NCBI GenBank assembly: GCA_965262915.1
Contig: OZ253564.1
Location: forward strand, 4,320,001-4,384,000
Direction of reading: 5' to 3'
Length of the DNA stretch: 64,000 nucleotides
Source of the DNA: Candidatus Spongiisociaceae bacterium
GTDB lineage: Bacteria; Actinomycetota; Acidimicrobiia; Spongiisociales; Spongiisociaceae
Made by a program: the position numbers and the translations under genes
Notes under the pieces: generated by a model
What the model was told of the DNA's origin: nothing
The model's input: only the letters and a program-made list of their open reading frames with translations
Database searches by the model: none
In this document: positions 1 to 11,184 of the stretch, one piece after another
Layout: each line of letters starts with the position of its first letter
Position numbering within the stretch: the first letter of the stretch is position 1

Positions 1-768
1 CACGGCGGTGGAACGGTCCTCCGGCACTTCCGAGAACGGATCGACCTCGGCGTGGGCGGCAAAGGTCTCGGCCTCCCGCACACGGGATGCGGCATCCGTT
101 CCGTCACAGGGACGCCGGCGGGGACCACCACGAGTCATACGTGGTATGTTAACAGGTCGTTGATATTGTTGACACTTGTCTAAAAGATTAAGCGTTACTC
201 TAGGTAACTCGGGGAAGTCGGGCGCTCGTTCCAGCCAGGGAGCGCATTGCTCCTCGAACTCGGTGTCGGTGAACACCATCGTGTTGCACGGGTTGCCGGT
301 GAACCGCATCAGGTCGTCGCTGATGTCCTCCTTGGCTTCCCACGGGTCCTTGTCGGTATCGTCAGGCCATACGAGGATGAGATCGATGTCGCTCTCCGCG
401 TCGGCCTGCCATCGGGCCAGCGATCCGAACAGCAGGGCCTTGGACGCATCCTCGAGATGCGGTCGTATCACCTCTGCGATCCGGGACGGCATCGTGTCGC
501 CCAGCTGCACCAGATCGACTACGAAGGGGGCGAGGGCGTGATCCCGGTTGAGCTGGTTGAGGATGGCGCGTCCGTTCGGTCGCTGTTTCACCAGACCCGC
601 GATGTAGAGCCTGTCGAGCGCCTTCTGCACGCCGGACTGGCTCGCTTCCCGTGACAGCCGCCTCCGCACGGCCCGGCCGCTCAGTGGCTCGGTCGCCCGT
701 GCCAGAACCTCGAGCACGGCTCCCTCGAGGCCGGGAGCCAGCGTGCTGAGAGGGTGGGACAGATCCAC
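1..768 (-). CDS. HTH + minimal nucleotidyltransferase (MNT) protein, open through the left edge and in frame with a probable downstream HEPN-like partner
   Basis: Hand translation from GTG 768: MDLSHPLSTLAPGLEGAVLEVLARATEPLSGRAV...LLFGSLARWQADAESDIDLILV (GS..R...SDIDL MNT motif). No stop before position 1, so it is absent from the ORF track. Confidence 0.75.
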   Translation of the reverse strand, partial: MDLSHPLSTLAPGLEGAVLEVLARATEPLSGRAVRRRLSREASQSGVQKALDRLYIAGLVKQRPNGRAILNQLNRDHALAPFVVDLVQLGDTMPSRIAEVIRPHLEDASKALLFGSLARWQADAESDIDLILVWPDDTDKDPWEAKEDISDDLMRFTGNPCNTMVFTDTEFEEQCAPWLERAPDFPELPRVTLNLLDKCQQYQRPVNIPRMTRGGPRRRPCDGTDAASRVREAETFAAHAEVDPFSEVPEDRSTAV

Positions 769-862
769 AATGCACACTGTACCATGCATAGCTGGTCCGA
801 TCCCTCGCCGACCATTCCGGCACGCGGGTGGCTGGGGACCGGATGGGCGGTTGATGTCCTGG

Positions 863-960
863 GAGAATGCTGAGAAACGGGTAATTGGTTGGCCCGTCGT
901 CTGCTGACGTGGCATTTTGTCATCGACCGTCGGGCCAACGGGGGGTTTCTCAGCACTCTC
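863..960. mobile_element. ~100-bp MITE (family B), IS5/IS1182-like ends
   Basis: Terminal IRs GAGAATGCTGAGAAAC / GTTTCTCAGCACTCTC; 4-bp flanking direct repeat CTGG (859-862, 961-964); interior similar to 19685-19780 and 55685-55787. Confidence 0.8.
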
Positions 961-1012
961 CTGGCGAGGCCCGTGACGCCGGGGCCGGCGCCGCCGTGCC
1001 AACCGGTACGAA

Positions 1013-1933
1013 TCAGGTGGTCGCCAGCTCGAGCAACAACTCTCTGGTAGCACCGGTTCCGGTCCCGGTATCGAAGGGAACCGCCCATACATCGGTGGCC
1101 CCGGCATCGAACATCGCCTGTATTCGAGCCCGTACCGTGTTCCCGTCCCCGGTGATCGCCAGCTCGACGGGACCATCGACTCCTTCCCGATCGAAGAGGC
1201 GCCGGTAGTTGACGAGCATTCCGTACCTACCGAAGATCCCGGCAGTGGCGTCCCGTGCCCGGTCCCGGTCGGAGTCGACCGCTACCGGAATTCCGGCCAG
1301 CACCCTCGGCGCCGGGCGCCCGGCCGCTTCGGCACCCTCGGTAACCGCAGGGACCACCACTTCTTCCAGGGACTTCGGGCCGGCCAGCCATGTGGTCACG
1401 CCGTCGGCCAGTTCCCCGCCCAACCGGCACATACGGGCTGCCAGAGCGCCCACTATCACCGGTACCGGCAAGGTCCCCGGAACCGTGAATTCGCCATGCA
1501 CCCGGTAGTGGTCCCCCTCGAAGCTGACGGAGCCATCGGCGAGGAGGGCGTTCAGCACCGTCAGGTACTCGCGCAGGTGACCTATCTGGCTTGAATAGTC
1601 GAGCCCGTGCATGCCCTCGATCACCGGACGATGGGAAACGCCTACCCCGAGCACGAACCGTCCCCCGGCCAGCGCCTGGACCGTGGCGGCCGACTGGGCC
1701 AGAGCCATCGGGTGACGAGGGTAGGTCGGCACCACACCGACTCCGAGCTCGATCCGCGATGTGGCCCGGGCCGCCACCGCCAGCGTGGTGAGAGAATCGA
1801 TCCCCCTGGTGATGTGGGTACACCAAGCCGAACTGAACCCAGCCGCTTCGGCGGCTACCGCGTCCGCCGCCACCGCGTCGGGAGGTCGCAGGATGCCCAA
1901 GGCGTCCGAACCGAACATGATCGTTATGCGCAT
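1013..1933 (-). CDS. LLM-class (probably F420-dependent) oxidoreductase
   Basis: AEAAGFSSAW, IELGVGVVPTYPRHP, GRFVLGVGVSH and GELADG motifs of luciferase-like monooxygenases. Confidence 0.9.
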   Translation of the reverse strand: MRITIMFGSDALGILRPPDAVAADAVAAEAAGFSSAWCTHITRGIDSLTTLAVAARATSRIELGVGVVPTYPRHPMALAQSAATVQALAGGRFVLGVGVSHRPVIEGMHGLDYSSQIGHLREYLTVLNALLADGSVSFEGDHYRVHGEFTVPGTLPVPVIVGALAARMCRLGGELADGVTTWLAGPKSLEEVVVPAVTEGAEAAGRPAPRVLAGIPVAVDSDRDRARDATAGIFGRYGMLVNYRRLFDREGVDGPVELAITGDGNTVRARIQAMFDAGATDVWAVPFDTGTGTGATRELLLELATT

Positions 1934-1945
1934 CAGAGAGGACTC

Positions 1946-2722
1946 CTATCCGAGAGTGGCCGCCAGGAGCGCCAGCAGCCGGGCGAGCGTATCGCCCGCT
2001 GCGCCGGAGTGATACGAGCCGGAGTCATCGTCGAGGAAGTCGTGGCCGATCCCCTCGTAGAGGATCCACTTGCCGTGCGGGTTACGCCGCTGGGCCTCGT
2101 CCACCCCCGAGGCCGGAACCAACTCGTCCTCCGCCCCGTACAGACCGAGCACCGCCATCGGCAGCATCTCGAGCGCGTCGGCGACCTGCAACTCCCGGTC
2201 CTCGTCCCCTGCCAGCGGGGCATACGCAACGCACAGGGCGCCCACCTGGCGCTGGCGGTACGCCGCGTAGGTGATCGCGAAGCGTCCGCCGACATCGATC
2301 CCGATGACGCCGATCTTCCCCTCCCGCGCCCATCCCGCCGAGTCGTTGAAGGCGAAGGCGATCGCGTCGTCGATGTCCACCAGGGTACGCCGCCCCCGCA
2401 CGCCGCGATAGGCGGCCACCAGATCCTCGAAGGGTGCGTCCGGTCCGGGATGGGCACCCCTGGTGAGGTCGGGTACCAGCACGGCGTAGCGATTACGAGC
2501 CAGCCGCCGGGCCAGATCCTTGATGAAAGGGGTGATACCGCGTAGCGGGGGTAGCAGCACCACCAGCGGATACGTCCCGATCCGGTCCGGCCGGGCCAAG
2601 TACCCGGTCGTGAACCGGGCTCCGGTGGGCATGGCGAACTCACGGTAGAGGATCTCGATCGTCCCCTCATGCTGGAGAACCGCCACACCACCTCCTGAAT
2701 CCGTGCAGTCGCCATCGCGCAT
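1946..2722 (-). CDS. Dienelactone hydrolase family protein with atypical nucleophile (start may be GTG near 2686)
   Basis: GYLARP, ARRLARNRYAVLVPDL, KIGVIGIDVGG, LGLYGAEDELV and YEGIGHDF follow the DLH alpha/beta-hydrolase pattern. Confidence 0.8.
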   Translation of the reverse strand: MRDGDCTDSGGGVAVLQHEGTIEILYREFAMPTGARFTTGYLARPDRIGTYPLVVLLPPLRGITPFIKDLARRLARNRYAVLVPDLTRGAHPGPDAPFEDLVAAYRGVRGRRTLVDIDDAIAFAFNDSAGWAREGKIGVIGIDVGGRFAITYAAYRQRQVGALCVAYAPLAGDEDRELQVADALEMLPMAVLGLYGAEDELVPASGVDEAQRRNPHGKWILYEGIGHDFLDDDSGSYHSGAAGDTLARLLALLAATLG

Positions 2723-2939
2723 CGACCGACGAATGCCGGACCGCCGCCATCCTAGCGATCAGGCATCACGACAGGACTGGCGCATCACGAGTGGCTGCGC
2801 GTCGAACGGGGTTACGACCATTACGCATCAGGTCATGACCGGGTCGACGTGAGCGAACTGTCGATCTGGCTCGCGAATGAGCATGTCGACTCCGTTTGAG
2901 TCATGTCTTCACGCAACGGGGTGAACCAGGGAATGGACA

Positions 2940-3626
2940 TCAGCGGTGGTGCCTGACTTCGGACACTGCACCGGACACCAGCGTGATGCGACCGCGCGAT
3001 GTGGCGACCACCAACCCTCCGTCCCGCGAGACATCCACCGCCCTCCCCCGCCCGGCCGGGACCCATGTGACTTCCTGGCCGACGGTCGAGCAGAGGCGGC
3101 GGTACTCGGCGTGCGGCCAGTCGTCCGGCTCGGTCGATACCAGGCCGAGAAACTCCTCGGCCCACCGGCTCGCTATTCCGGCAGCGGCTTCGGGACCGGG
3201 ATCGTTCGCGAGTATCGCCCCCCGGCCGGCCGGCGGGTCGGGCCAGTGGAGGTTGGCGCCCCACCCCACCACCACCAGACCACCGGATGCCTCGGTGAGG
3301 ATCCCGCCCAGCTTGGCGTCTCCTCTCATCAGGTCGTTGGGCCATTTGAGCGTCATGCCGGCCGCTCGCTCGCCCAGCGAGCGCAGGGCTGCTACACCGG
3401 AGACAAGGGTTGTGAGCGGCCATGAGGAGGACGGCCAGGATGGGCGGAACCCGAGCGACGCGGCCAGCGCCCGGGGCGCGGTGATCCAATCGGCTCCTGA
3501 TCGGCCCCTCCCTCTCGTCTGGTAGCCGGCGACCACCAGCAGGGGAAGGGCGCCGATACGCCTCCGTACCTCGTCCTGGGTGGAAGTGGTACGTTCGAGG
3601 ATCAGCGTCTCGTAGGGTCTGTCCAT
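2940..3626 (-). CDS. birA: Biotin--protein ligase (BirA-like, no HTH)
   Basis: TSTQD, QTRGRGRSG and LKWPNDL...KLGGILTE motifs; divergent from biotin-dependent carboxylase genes; start set at MDRPY. Confidence 0.85.
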   Translation of the reverse strand: MDRPYETLILERTTSTQDEVRRRIGALPLLVVAGYQTRGRGRSGADWITAPRALAASLGFRPSWPSSSWPLTTLVSGVAALRSLGERAAGMTLKWPNDLMRGDAKLGGILTEASGGLVVVGWGANLHWPDPPAGRGAILANDPGPEAAAGIASRWAEEFLGLVSTEPDDWPHAEYRRLCSTVGQEVTWVPAGRGRAVDVSRDGGLVVATSRGRITLVSGAVSEVRHHR

Positions 3627-3911
3627 TTGGTCGGTAGTCGGTAGATAGTAACGACGGCGCATCGCGAGTTTGCCGATGGAAGGCGGCCGTCGCAAGACGC
3701 CACGTGTGTATCGGAGGTTCGTAAGCTGTAGCCACAAGCCTGCCCCAGAGGTCTAAGAGGGGCGCTTGGAACAGGAATCACGTGCGCGACGAGATCATCC
3801 GCCTTGGAGGGAACTCGTTCATATCAGGTATAACGCCTATGGTGAACCCGCCGGCGTATCTCGGCACCTTCTTGACCGGCGCGGCAGGCGCATCAGCACA
3901 AGGGTGAGTCC

Positions 3912-5462
3912 GTGGGAACCGAACAACGGATCGAACAACTCAGGAGACTCCGCCGCCAAGCCGAAGCACCCGGTTCGCGGCGGGCTGTCGACCGGCAACA
4001 TGAGCGAGGCAAGCTCACCGCGCGCGAACGCATAGCCCTGTTGCTCGACAAGGACAGCTTCCAGGAGACCGACACGTTCGTGCGGCATCAGGCTCGCGGT
4101 TTCGGTATCGAAGACCGGCGCCCGCTCGGGGACGCGGTGGTCACCGGCTACGGAGCCATCAACGGCCGTACCGTGTTCGTGTTCGCGGAGGACTTCACGG
4201 TGTTCGGCGGAAGCCTCGGCAAGGCGGTCGCGGACAAGATCACCAAGGTCATGGATATGGCCATGAAGGTCGGCGCCCCTATAGTCGGTCTCAAGGATTC
4301 GGGTGGCGCCCGGATCCAGGAGGGGGTGCAGGCCCTCGACGGCTACGGACGGATCTTCTACCGGAACGTACGGGCCTCGGGGGTAATCCCCCAGATCTCG
4401 GTCATCATGGGGCCGTGCGCAGGCGGAGCGGTGTACTCCCCGGCAATCACCGACTTCGTCTACCAGGTGGACGGGACCAGCCACATGTTCATCACCGGCC
4501 CCGACGTGATCAAGGCGGTCACGGGCGAGGACGTGACCTTCGAGGAACTGGGAGGTGCGGCCACCCACGCTGCCACGTCGGGCGTCACCCACTTCGTATG
4601 CAGTTCCGGAGCGGCCGCTCTCGAGGAGGTACGCTACCTGCTCTCCTTCTTGCCCCAGAACAACATGGAGCCGACGCCGTACTTCTCGCCGGTCGACTCA
4701 GCGGACCGGGCGGACGATCGGCTCGATTCGATCATCCCCGACTCCCCCAACCAGCCCTATGACATCGTGGACATCATCGAGTCCGTGGTCGACGACGGGG
4801 ACTTCTACCAGGTGCACCAGCATTGGGCCACCAACATCGTGGTGGGCCTGGCCCGCCTCAACGGCTACTCCACCGGCATCGTGGCCAACCAACCCTCGCA
4901 TCTGGCCGGAACACTCGACATCAAGGCCTCCGAGAAGGGCGCCCGTTTCGTTCGCATGTGCGACGCCTTCAACATCCCGATCTGCACCTTCGTGGACGTC
5001 CCCGGCTTCCTGCCCGGAGTGCAGCAGGAGCACGGGGGCATCATCCGTCACGGCGCCAAACTCCTTTACGCCTACTGCGAGGCCTCCGTGCCGCGGGTAT
5101 CGGTCATCACCCGCAAGTCATACGGGGGCGCCTACCTGGTGATGAACGCGCGAGGCGTGGGCGCCGACCTGGTGTACGCGTGGCCCTCCGCCGAGATCGC
5201 GGTCATGGGCGCTCAGGGCGCGGTCAACGTCATCCACCGCAGGGAGATCGCCACCGCGACTGACCCCGACGAGCGGCGAGCCAAGCTGGTCGAGGAGTAC
5301 GAGAGCCGCTTTGCCAACCCCTACGTGGCCTCGGAACTGGGATTGGTGGACAACGTGATCGAACCTCGGGAGACCAGGTTACGCCTCATCAAGGCCTTCG
5401 AGATGCTGGCTAACAAGCGGGAGGCCCTACCGCCCAAGAAGCACGGGAACATCCCCCTCTGA
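3912..5462 (+). CDS. pccB: Acyl-(propionyl)-CoA carboxylase carboxyltransferase subunit
   Basis: GKLTARERI, DSGGARIQEG, GPCAGGAVYSPA, DVPGFLPG and C-terminal KKHGNIPL. Confidence 0.93.
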   Translation: MGTEQRIEQLRRLRRQAEAPGSRRAVDRQHERGKLTARERIALLLDKDSFQETDTFVRHQARGFGIEDRRPLGDAVVTGYGAINGRTVFVFAEDFTVFGGSLGKAVADKITKVMDMAMKVGAPIVGLKDSGGARIQEGVQALDGYGRIFYRNVRASGVIPQISVIMGPCAGGAVYSPAITDFVYQVDGTSHMFITGPDVIKAVTGEDVTFEELGGAATHAATSGVTHFVCSSGAAALEEVRYLLSFLPQNNMEPTPYFSPVDSADRADDRLDSIIPDSPNQPYDIVDIIESVVDDGDFYQVHQHWATNIVVGLARLNGYSTGIVANQPSHLAGTLDIKASEKGARFVRMCDAFNIPICTFVDVPGFLPGVQQEHGGIIRHGAKLLYAYCEASVPRVSVITRKSYGGAYLVMNARGVGADLVYAWPSAEIAVMGAQGAVNVIHRREIATATDPDERRAKLVEEYESRFANPYVASELGLVDNVIEPRETRLRLIKAFEMLANKREALPPKKHGNIPL

Positions 5463-5475
5463 ACGGGGCGCTGGC

Positions 5476-7218
5476 ATGAACTCCCTGCTGGTGGCGAACC
5501 GCGGCGAGATAGCGGTGCGGGTCATCCGAACCGCCCGCGAACTCGGTATGCGCACCATCGCCGTGTACTCGGAGCTGGACCGCGACGCGCTCCACACCCA
5601 CCTGGCGGACGAGGCCTGGAACATCGGCGGGGCGCCTGCCGCCGAGTCATACCTCAACGCCGATCGGATCCTCGCAGTCGCCCGGGAATCGGGAGCCCGA
5701 GCCATCCATCCCGGATACGGGTTCCTGGCCGAGAACGCCTCGTTCGCCCGCCGAGTGACGGAGTCAGGCATCACCTGGGTGGGACCCCCTGCCTCCGCCA
5801 TCGAGTTGATGGGCAACAAGATCCTATCTCGCCGGACCGCGGAGAGAGCCGGGGTGGCGCCGGTGCCCGGAACGACCGAGCCGGTCTCCGGCTTCGACGA
5901 AGCCGCCCCGATTGCCGACCGGATGGGTTATCCGGTGGCGGTGAAGGCGGCCCACGGGGGCGGCGGGAAGGGACTGCGGGTAGCCGTCGACCGCAGGCAA
6001 CTGGCGGACGCCATCGAAGGTGCCCGGCGGGAGGCGGATGCCTACTTCGGGAATCCCGTCGTCTACCTCGAATCCTATCTGGCCAGGCCACGCCACATCG
6101 AGGCCCAGATCATCGTGGATCACCACGGCAACGCACGGTTCCTGGGAGAGCGAGACTGCTCCGTGCAGCGGCGCCACCAGAAACTGATCGAAGAAGCTCC
6201 CTCGACCGTCCTCTCGCCCGAGGGGCGCCGTTCCCTGGGTGAGGCCGCGCTGACGATCGCCGAGGCGTGCGGATACCGAAACGCCGGCACTGTGGAGTTC
6301 CTGCTCAGTCCGGACGGAAGCTTCTACTTCCTCGAGATGAACACCCGGCTCCAAGTCGAGCACACGGTGACCGAGATGGTGACCGGGATCGACCTGGTGG
6401 CCGAACAGCTGGCGATCGCCGCCGGACAGCCGCTCTCCTTCGACCACCTTCCCATCCACGGGCACGCCATCGAGTTGCGGATCAACGCCGAGGACCCCGG
6501 AAACGGCTTCCGCCCCACACCGGGAACGGTCACCGAGTACCGGGAACCGGCCGGTCCCGGAGTGCGGGTGGACTCGTGGATCGTCCCGGGCACCACCGTC
6601 AGCCAGTATTACGACAACCTGATGGCCAAGCTGGTCGTGTGGGGCCGTACCCGGTCCGAGGCGGTCGCCCGGGCCAGACGAGCCCTCTACGAGTACCGGG
6701 TGGCCGGGGTTGCCACCACCATCCCGGCCCACCGGGCGGTGTTGTCCCACCCGACCTTCGTGGCCGGCGAGGCGCACACCCGGTTCGTGGAGGAGGAACT
6801 GAGCCTCGAGCCCGAGCCCTTCGACCGTGGCGACGCCCTTCCGAGCGAGCAGGCCCGGTCGAGGAGGGCCATGACCGTGGAGGTAGGGGGCCGGCGGTTC
6901 GACGTGACCTACTGGGCGCCGGAAGCCCCGGCCCGCGGGGGCGCCGACCGGCCGATGCGAAAACCTCCCTCCCGCCGGACCGGGGCCGCTCCCCTGTCAA
7001 CCGAGCCCGGGATCGTCGTTTCCCCCATGCAGGGAACGATCGTCAAGGTGTCGGCCAAGGGCGGTGACCGGGTGATGGCCAACCAGCAGATCTGCGTTCT
7101 GGAAGCGATGAAGATGGAGAACGAGATCACCAGCCCCATCGACGGTGAACTCGTCGAGATACGGGTTCAGCCGGGCGACACCGTACGACTCAACGAAGTG
7201 CTGGCCATCGTTCGATAG
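5476..7218 (+). CDS. Acetyl/propionyl-CoA carboxylase alpha subunit (biotin carboxylase + BCCP)
   Basis: ANRGEIAVR, HPGYGFLAEN, RDCSVQRRHQK, FLEMNTRLQVEH and biotinylation motif EAMKM. Confidence 0.95.
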   Translation: MNSLLVANRGEIAVRVIRTARELGMRTIAVYSELDRDALHTHLADEAWNIGGAPAAESYLNADRILAVARESGARAIHPGYGFLAENASFARRVTESGITWVGPPASAIELMGNKILSRRTAERAGVAPVPGTTEPVSGFDEAAPIADRMGYPVAVKAAHGGGGKGLRVAVDRRQLADAIEGARREADAYFGNPVVYLESYLARPRHIEAQIIVDHHGNARFLGERDCSVQRRHQKLIEEAPSTVLSPEGRRSLGEAALTIAEACGYRNAGTVEFLLSPDGSFYFLEMNTRLQVEHTVTEMVTGIDLVAEQLAIAAGQPLSFDHLPIHGHAIELRINAEDPGNGFRPTPGTVTEYREPAGPGVRVDSWIVPGTTVSQYYDNLMAKLVVWGRTRSEAVARARRALYEYRVAGVATTIPAHRAVLSHPTFVAGEAHTRFVEEELSLEPEPFDRGDALPSEQARSRRAMTVEVGGRRFDVTYWAPEAPARGGADRPMRKPPSRRTGAAPLSTEPGIVVSPMQGTIVKVSAKGGDRVMANQQICVLEAMKMENEITSPIDGELVEIRVQPGDTVRLNEVLAIVR

Positions 7219-7396
7219 TTGCCGGTTATCAGTTGCCAGTTGCCAGTTGCCAGTTCTCGGTTGTCAGTTCTCGGTTGTCAGTTCTCGGTTGTCAGTAGGG
7301 CCACTTGGCGGCGTTGCAGGCGCCGTGGGCCCGATACCAGGGGTCAGGTGGTCGGTGGTCAGCGGCCAGTGGTCACTTGTCGGTGGTGATTAGCCA
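7218..7396 (+). repeat. Two heptamer tandem arrays
   Basis: 11 units at 7218-7294 (GTTGCCG GTTATCA GTTGCCA x3, then GTTCTCG/GTTGTCA alternating) and 7 units at 7348-7396 (GTGGTCG GTGGTCA GCGGCCA...). Confidence 0.9.
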
Positions 7397-7430
7397 GCTT
7401 CTAACCAGTAATAAATTAGGCTTGTAGTTG

Positions 7431-7826
7431 TTAGTATTCTTAGTCGTTGGTTTGCTATGTTCAGGAACCGACGTCGTCCCATGATCGGCATGTCCACCCA
7501 CTCACAGCACCCCCGCAGGGACCGGCCGCGCCGCCACAAGGGGGTTGACGTGTCACAGTCCCGTTGCATAATGGTAAGTAGCCGTAAACACCGCCGGTCC
7601 GTTTTGCGGTACCGACCGGACCGGGGCAGGGATCATGTTGTCGGAGCCGACCCCTCGCAGGGGATGGCGGGACGCGTTCGGGAACCGAGGAGGTGGCGGT
7701 TGGGGGCGGGCCCGTCGGAGGGGTCCGATCGGGCGTTTTTCGCGTTCTCGGTCCCCCAAGGCCTGCCCGGTGCCATGGTCGGCACGTCCCGAGTATCTGT
7801 AACTAATCCGGGTATCAGGACACTAG
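7431..7826 (+). mobile_element. 396-bp non-autonomous element (family C), IS630-like ends, copy 1
   Basis: Same length as and highly similar to 55788-56183; right end TCAGGACACTAG; left end TTAGTATTCTTAGTC is a mutated CTAGTGTCCTGAGTC. Confidence 0.85.
7545..7740 (+). ncRNA. Candidate promoter-driven structured RNA (~160 nt) inside element C
   Basis: TTGACG-N16-CATAAT (7545-7572); hairpins CCGGTCCG/CGGACCGG and CCCCT-CGC-AGGGG; terminator-like GCCCGTCGGA/TCCGATCGGGC followed by GTTTTT. Confidence 0.5.
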
Positions 7827-7878
7827 GCATTATTAGAAGATATCCCGCAAAGACACGAACCAACGGACAACGGGCAAC

Positions 7879-9243
7879 CTAGTCGCCGGCGTCGGAGATG
7901 GACTCGGACAGGGTGGGATGCACCATCAGCGTCTCCATCAGGGTGTGGACCTTGATCTTCCCCCGGGTCGCCAGGGCCAGGATCCCGATCAGCTCCGACG
8001 CCCTGTGACCGACGACCGTGCCTCCCAGCACCACCCTGGTGGCCGGGTCGGAAACCACCTTGGCGAAGCCCCGGGTGCTTCCGTGGATAACGCTGCGAGG
8101 GTTGGCCGAAAAGGGTACCTTCGTGATCCGGACCTTTCGTCCTTCCGCCGCGGCGTCGGCCTCCTCCAGACCGACGGAGGCAATCTCGGGTTCGGTGAAT
8201 ACGGCCTGCGCGACCTTCGAGTAGTCGATGGCCTTACCCGGATGGCCGGTGGCATGTCGCGCCAGGTTGCGTCCCTGCTGGTTCGCCACCGAGGAGAGGA
8301 GCATCTGGCCGGTCACGTCGCCGGCCGCGTAGATGTGCGGAACAGAAGTACGCTGGTACTCGTCGACCACGATAAAGCCCCGGTCGGTCTTCACCCCTAC
8401 CTCCTCCAGGCCCAGGCCCTCGGTCAGCGGCACCGCGCCCACCGCTAGAAGCGCATGGCTTCCCCGAACCCGGCGGCCGTCCCCGACGTAGACGACCACG
8501 CCGTCCTCGGTAAGATCTATGTCCACCGCCCGGGCCCCCTTCAGGAGAGCGACACCGCGCTCCAGGAAGTCGATCTCCAGTGCCGCGGCCACCTCGGCGT
8601 CGCGGTGCGGGAGGACGTGGTGCCGGCTCACCAGCAGCGACACCTTCGATCCGAGGCTCTCGAAGATATGGACCATCTCCACCCCGGTCACACCCGACCC
8701 GATCACCACCACGTGTTCGGGCGGAGCAGGTAGATCGTAGACATGACGGGTCGTGAGTATCCGATCTCCGTCGACCTTCGCCCAGGCGGGTACGCGCGGT
8801 CGGGACCCGGTCGAGACGAGGGCTGCATCGAAGCGGATCGTCCGCTCCGTTCCGCCAGCCTCGGCGACGGCCAGGTTGGGACCCAGAAAGCGACCGCGAC
8901 CGTTCACGATGTCGATACCCTGGCTTGCCAGTAACTCGATGGAACGGCTTGAGATCATCGAGGTGATTTCGAGTATCCGGCCGGCCAGACGACCCAAGTC
9001 GACCCCCGCACCACGGTCGGCGATGCCCAGGTCTTCGGAATTGCGGATCGCCTGCATCCGGACGGACATCGCCGCCATCGTCTTCGACGGGATGCAGTCC
9101 CGGAGGTGAGCAGCGCCGCCGATCACCGAGTCCTCGACCAGGATCACGTCGGCGCCCAGGGCCGAGGCGGTGGTGGCCGCCGCTGTGCCGGCGGGGCCCC
9201 CGCCGATGATGAGGAACCGGAGAGGCGCATCCTCCCTGATCAT
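7879..9243 (-). CDS. lpdA: LpdA-like flavoprotein disulfide reductase / NAD(P)H-quinone reductase
   Basis: IIGGGPAG, single-Cys HLRDCIPSK, VIGSGVTGVE, IYAAGD; RBS-like GGAGGTAGGGAG before ATG 9243; near accA/birA as in other actinobacteria. Confidence 0.75.
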   Translation of the reverse strand: MIREDAPLRFLIIGGGPAGTAAATTASALGADVILVEDSVIGGAAHLRDCIPSKTMAAMSVRMQAIRNSEDLGIADRGAGVDLGRLAGRILEITSMISSRSIELLASQGIDIVNGRGRFLGPNLAVAEAGGTERTIRFDAALVSTGSRPRVPAWAKVDGDRILTTRHVYDLPAPPEHVVVIGSGVTGVEMVHIFESLGSKVSLLVSRHHVLPHRDAEVAAALEIDFLERGVALLKGARAVDIDLTEDGVVVYVGDGRRVRGSHALLAVGAVPLTEGLGLEEVGVKTDRGFIVVDEYQRTSVPHIYAAGDVTGQMLLSSVANQQGRNLARHATGHPGKAIDYSKVAQAVFTEPEIASVGLEEADAAAEGRKVRITKVPFSANPRSVIHGSTRGFAKVVSDPATRVVLGGTVVGHRASELIGILALATRGKIKVHTLMETLMVHPTLSESISDAGD

Positions 9244-9259
9244 CTCCCTACCTCCCGAG

Positions 9260-9358
9260 GAGGGTGATGTGAAACCCGTAGACGGCCCGTCGACCGATGA
9301 CACAATGCCTGTTCCGAGGAAGACGGGCCGTTGCTTCCCATCGTCTTACAGCACTCTC
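9260..9358 (+). mobile_element. ~100-bp MITE (family A), copy 1
   Basis: IR GAGGGTGATGTGAA / TTACAGCACTCTC; interior GTCGACCGATGACACAATGCCTGTTC...GAAGACGG shared with the copies at 14346, 43616 and 56188. Confidence 0.85.
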
Positions 9359-9383
9359 CTACACATGGCCAGGATTCGGGCGC

Positions 9384-10958
<1,575 letters not shown>

Positions 10959-11184
10959 GGGCGCGGGTATCCTGACTAGCCGATGACCCGGCATCGTAGT
11001 AGTGGTCTGTAGGTGGAATGGCGGTGCGGCATGCAAACAGGACCCAGCGAATCATTCCACGGACAGACGGCTTACTCCCGGACCGCGGTAGTCCTAGCGG
11101 TCGGTAGGGCCTTGCGGGATAGCGCCCGAAGGACCCGGCAGGCTCCCGAGAGGCTCCCGGCATCATCCACCTCCCGGTGAGCGC

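Noticed and set aside
7218-7396. Tandem repeats as a CRISPR array
   Set aside because: Units are 7 bp with no unique spacers, and there are no cas genes.
7457-7882. ORFs inside element C (also 55739-56185 and the 68-aa minus-strand ORFs)
   Set aside because: No recognisable motifs, differing ends between copies, and frames not conserved in the third copy.
11040-11184. Possible cobalamin riboswitch upstream of the mutase
   Set aside because: Some hairpins are present but no B12-box or conserved core was recognisable.
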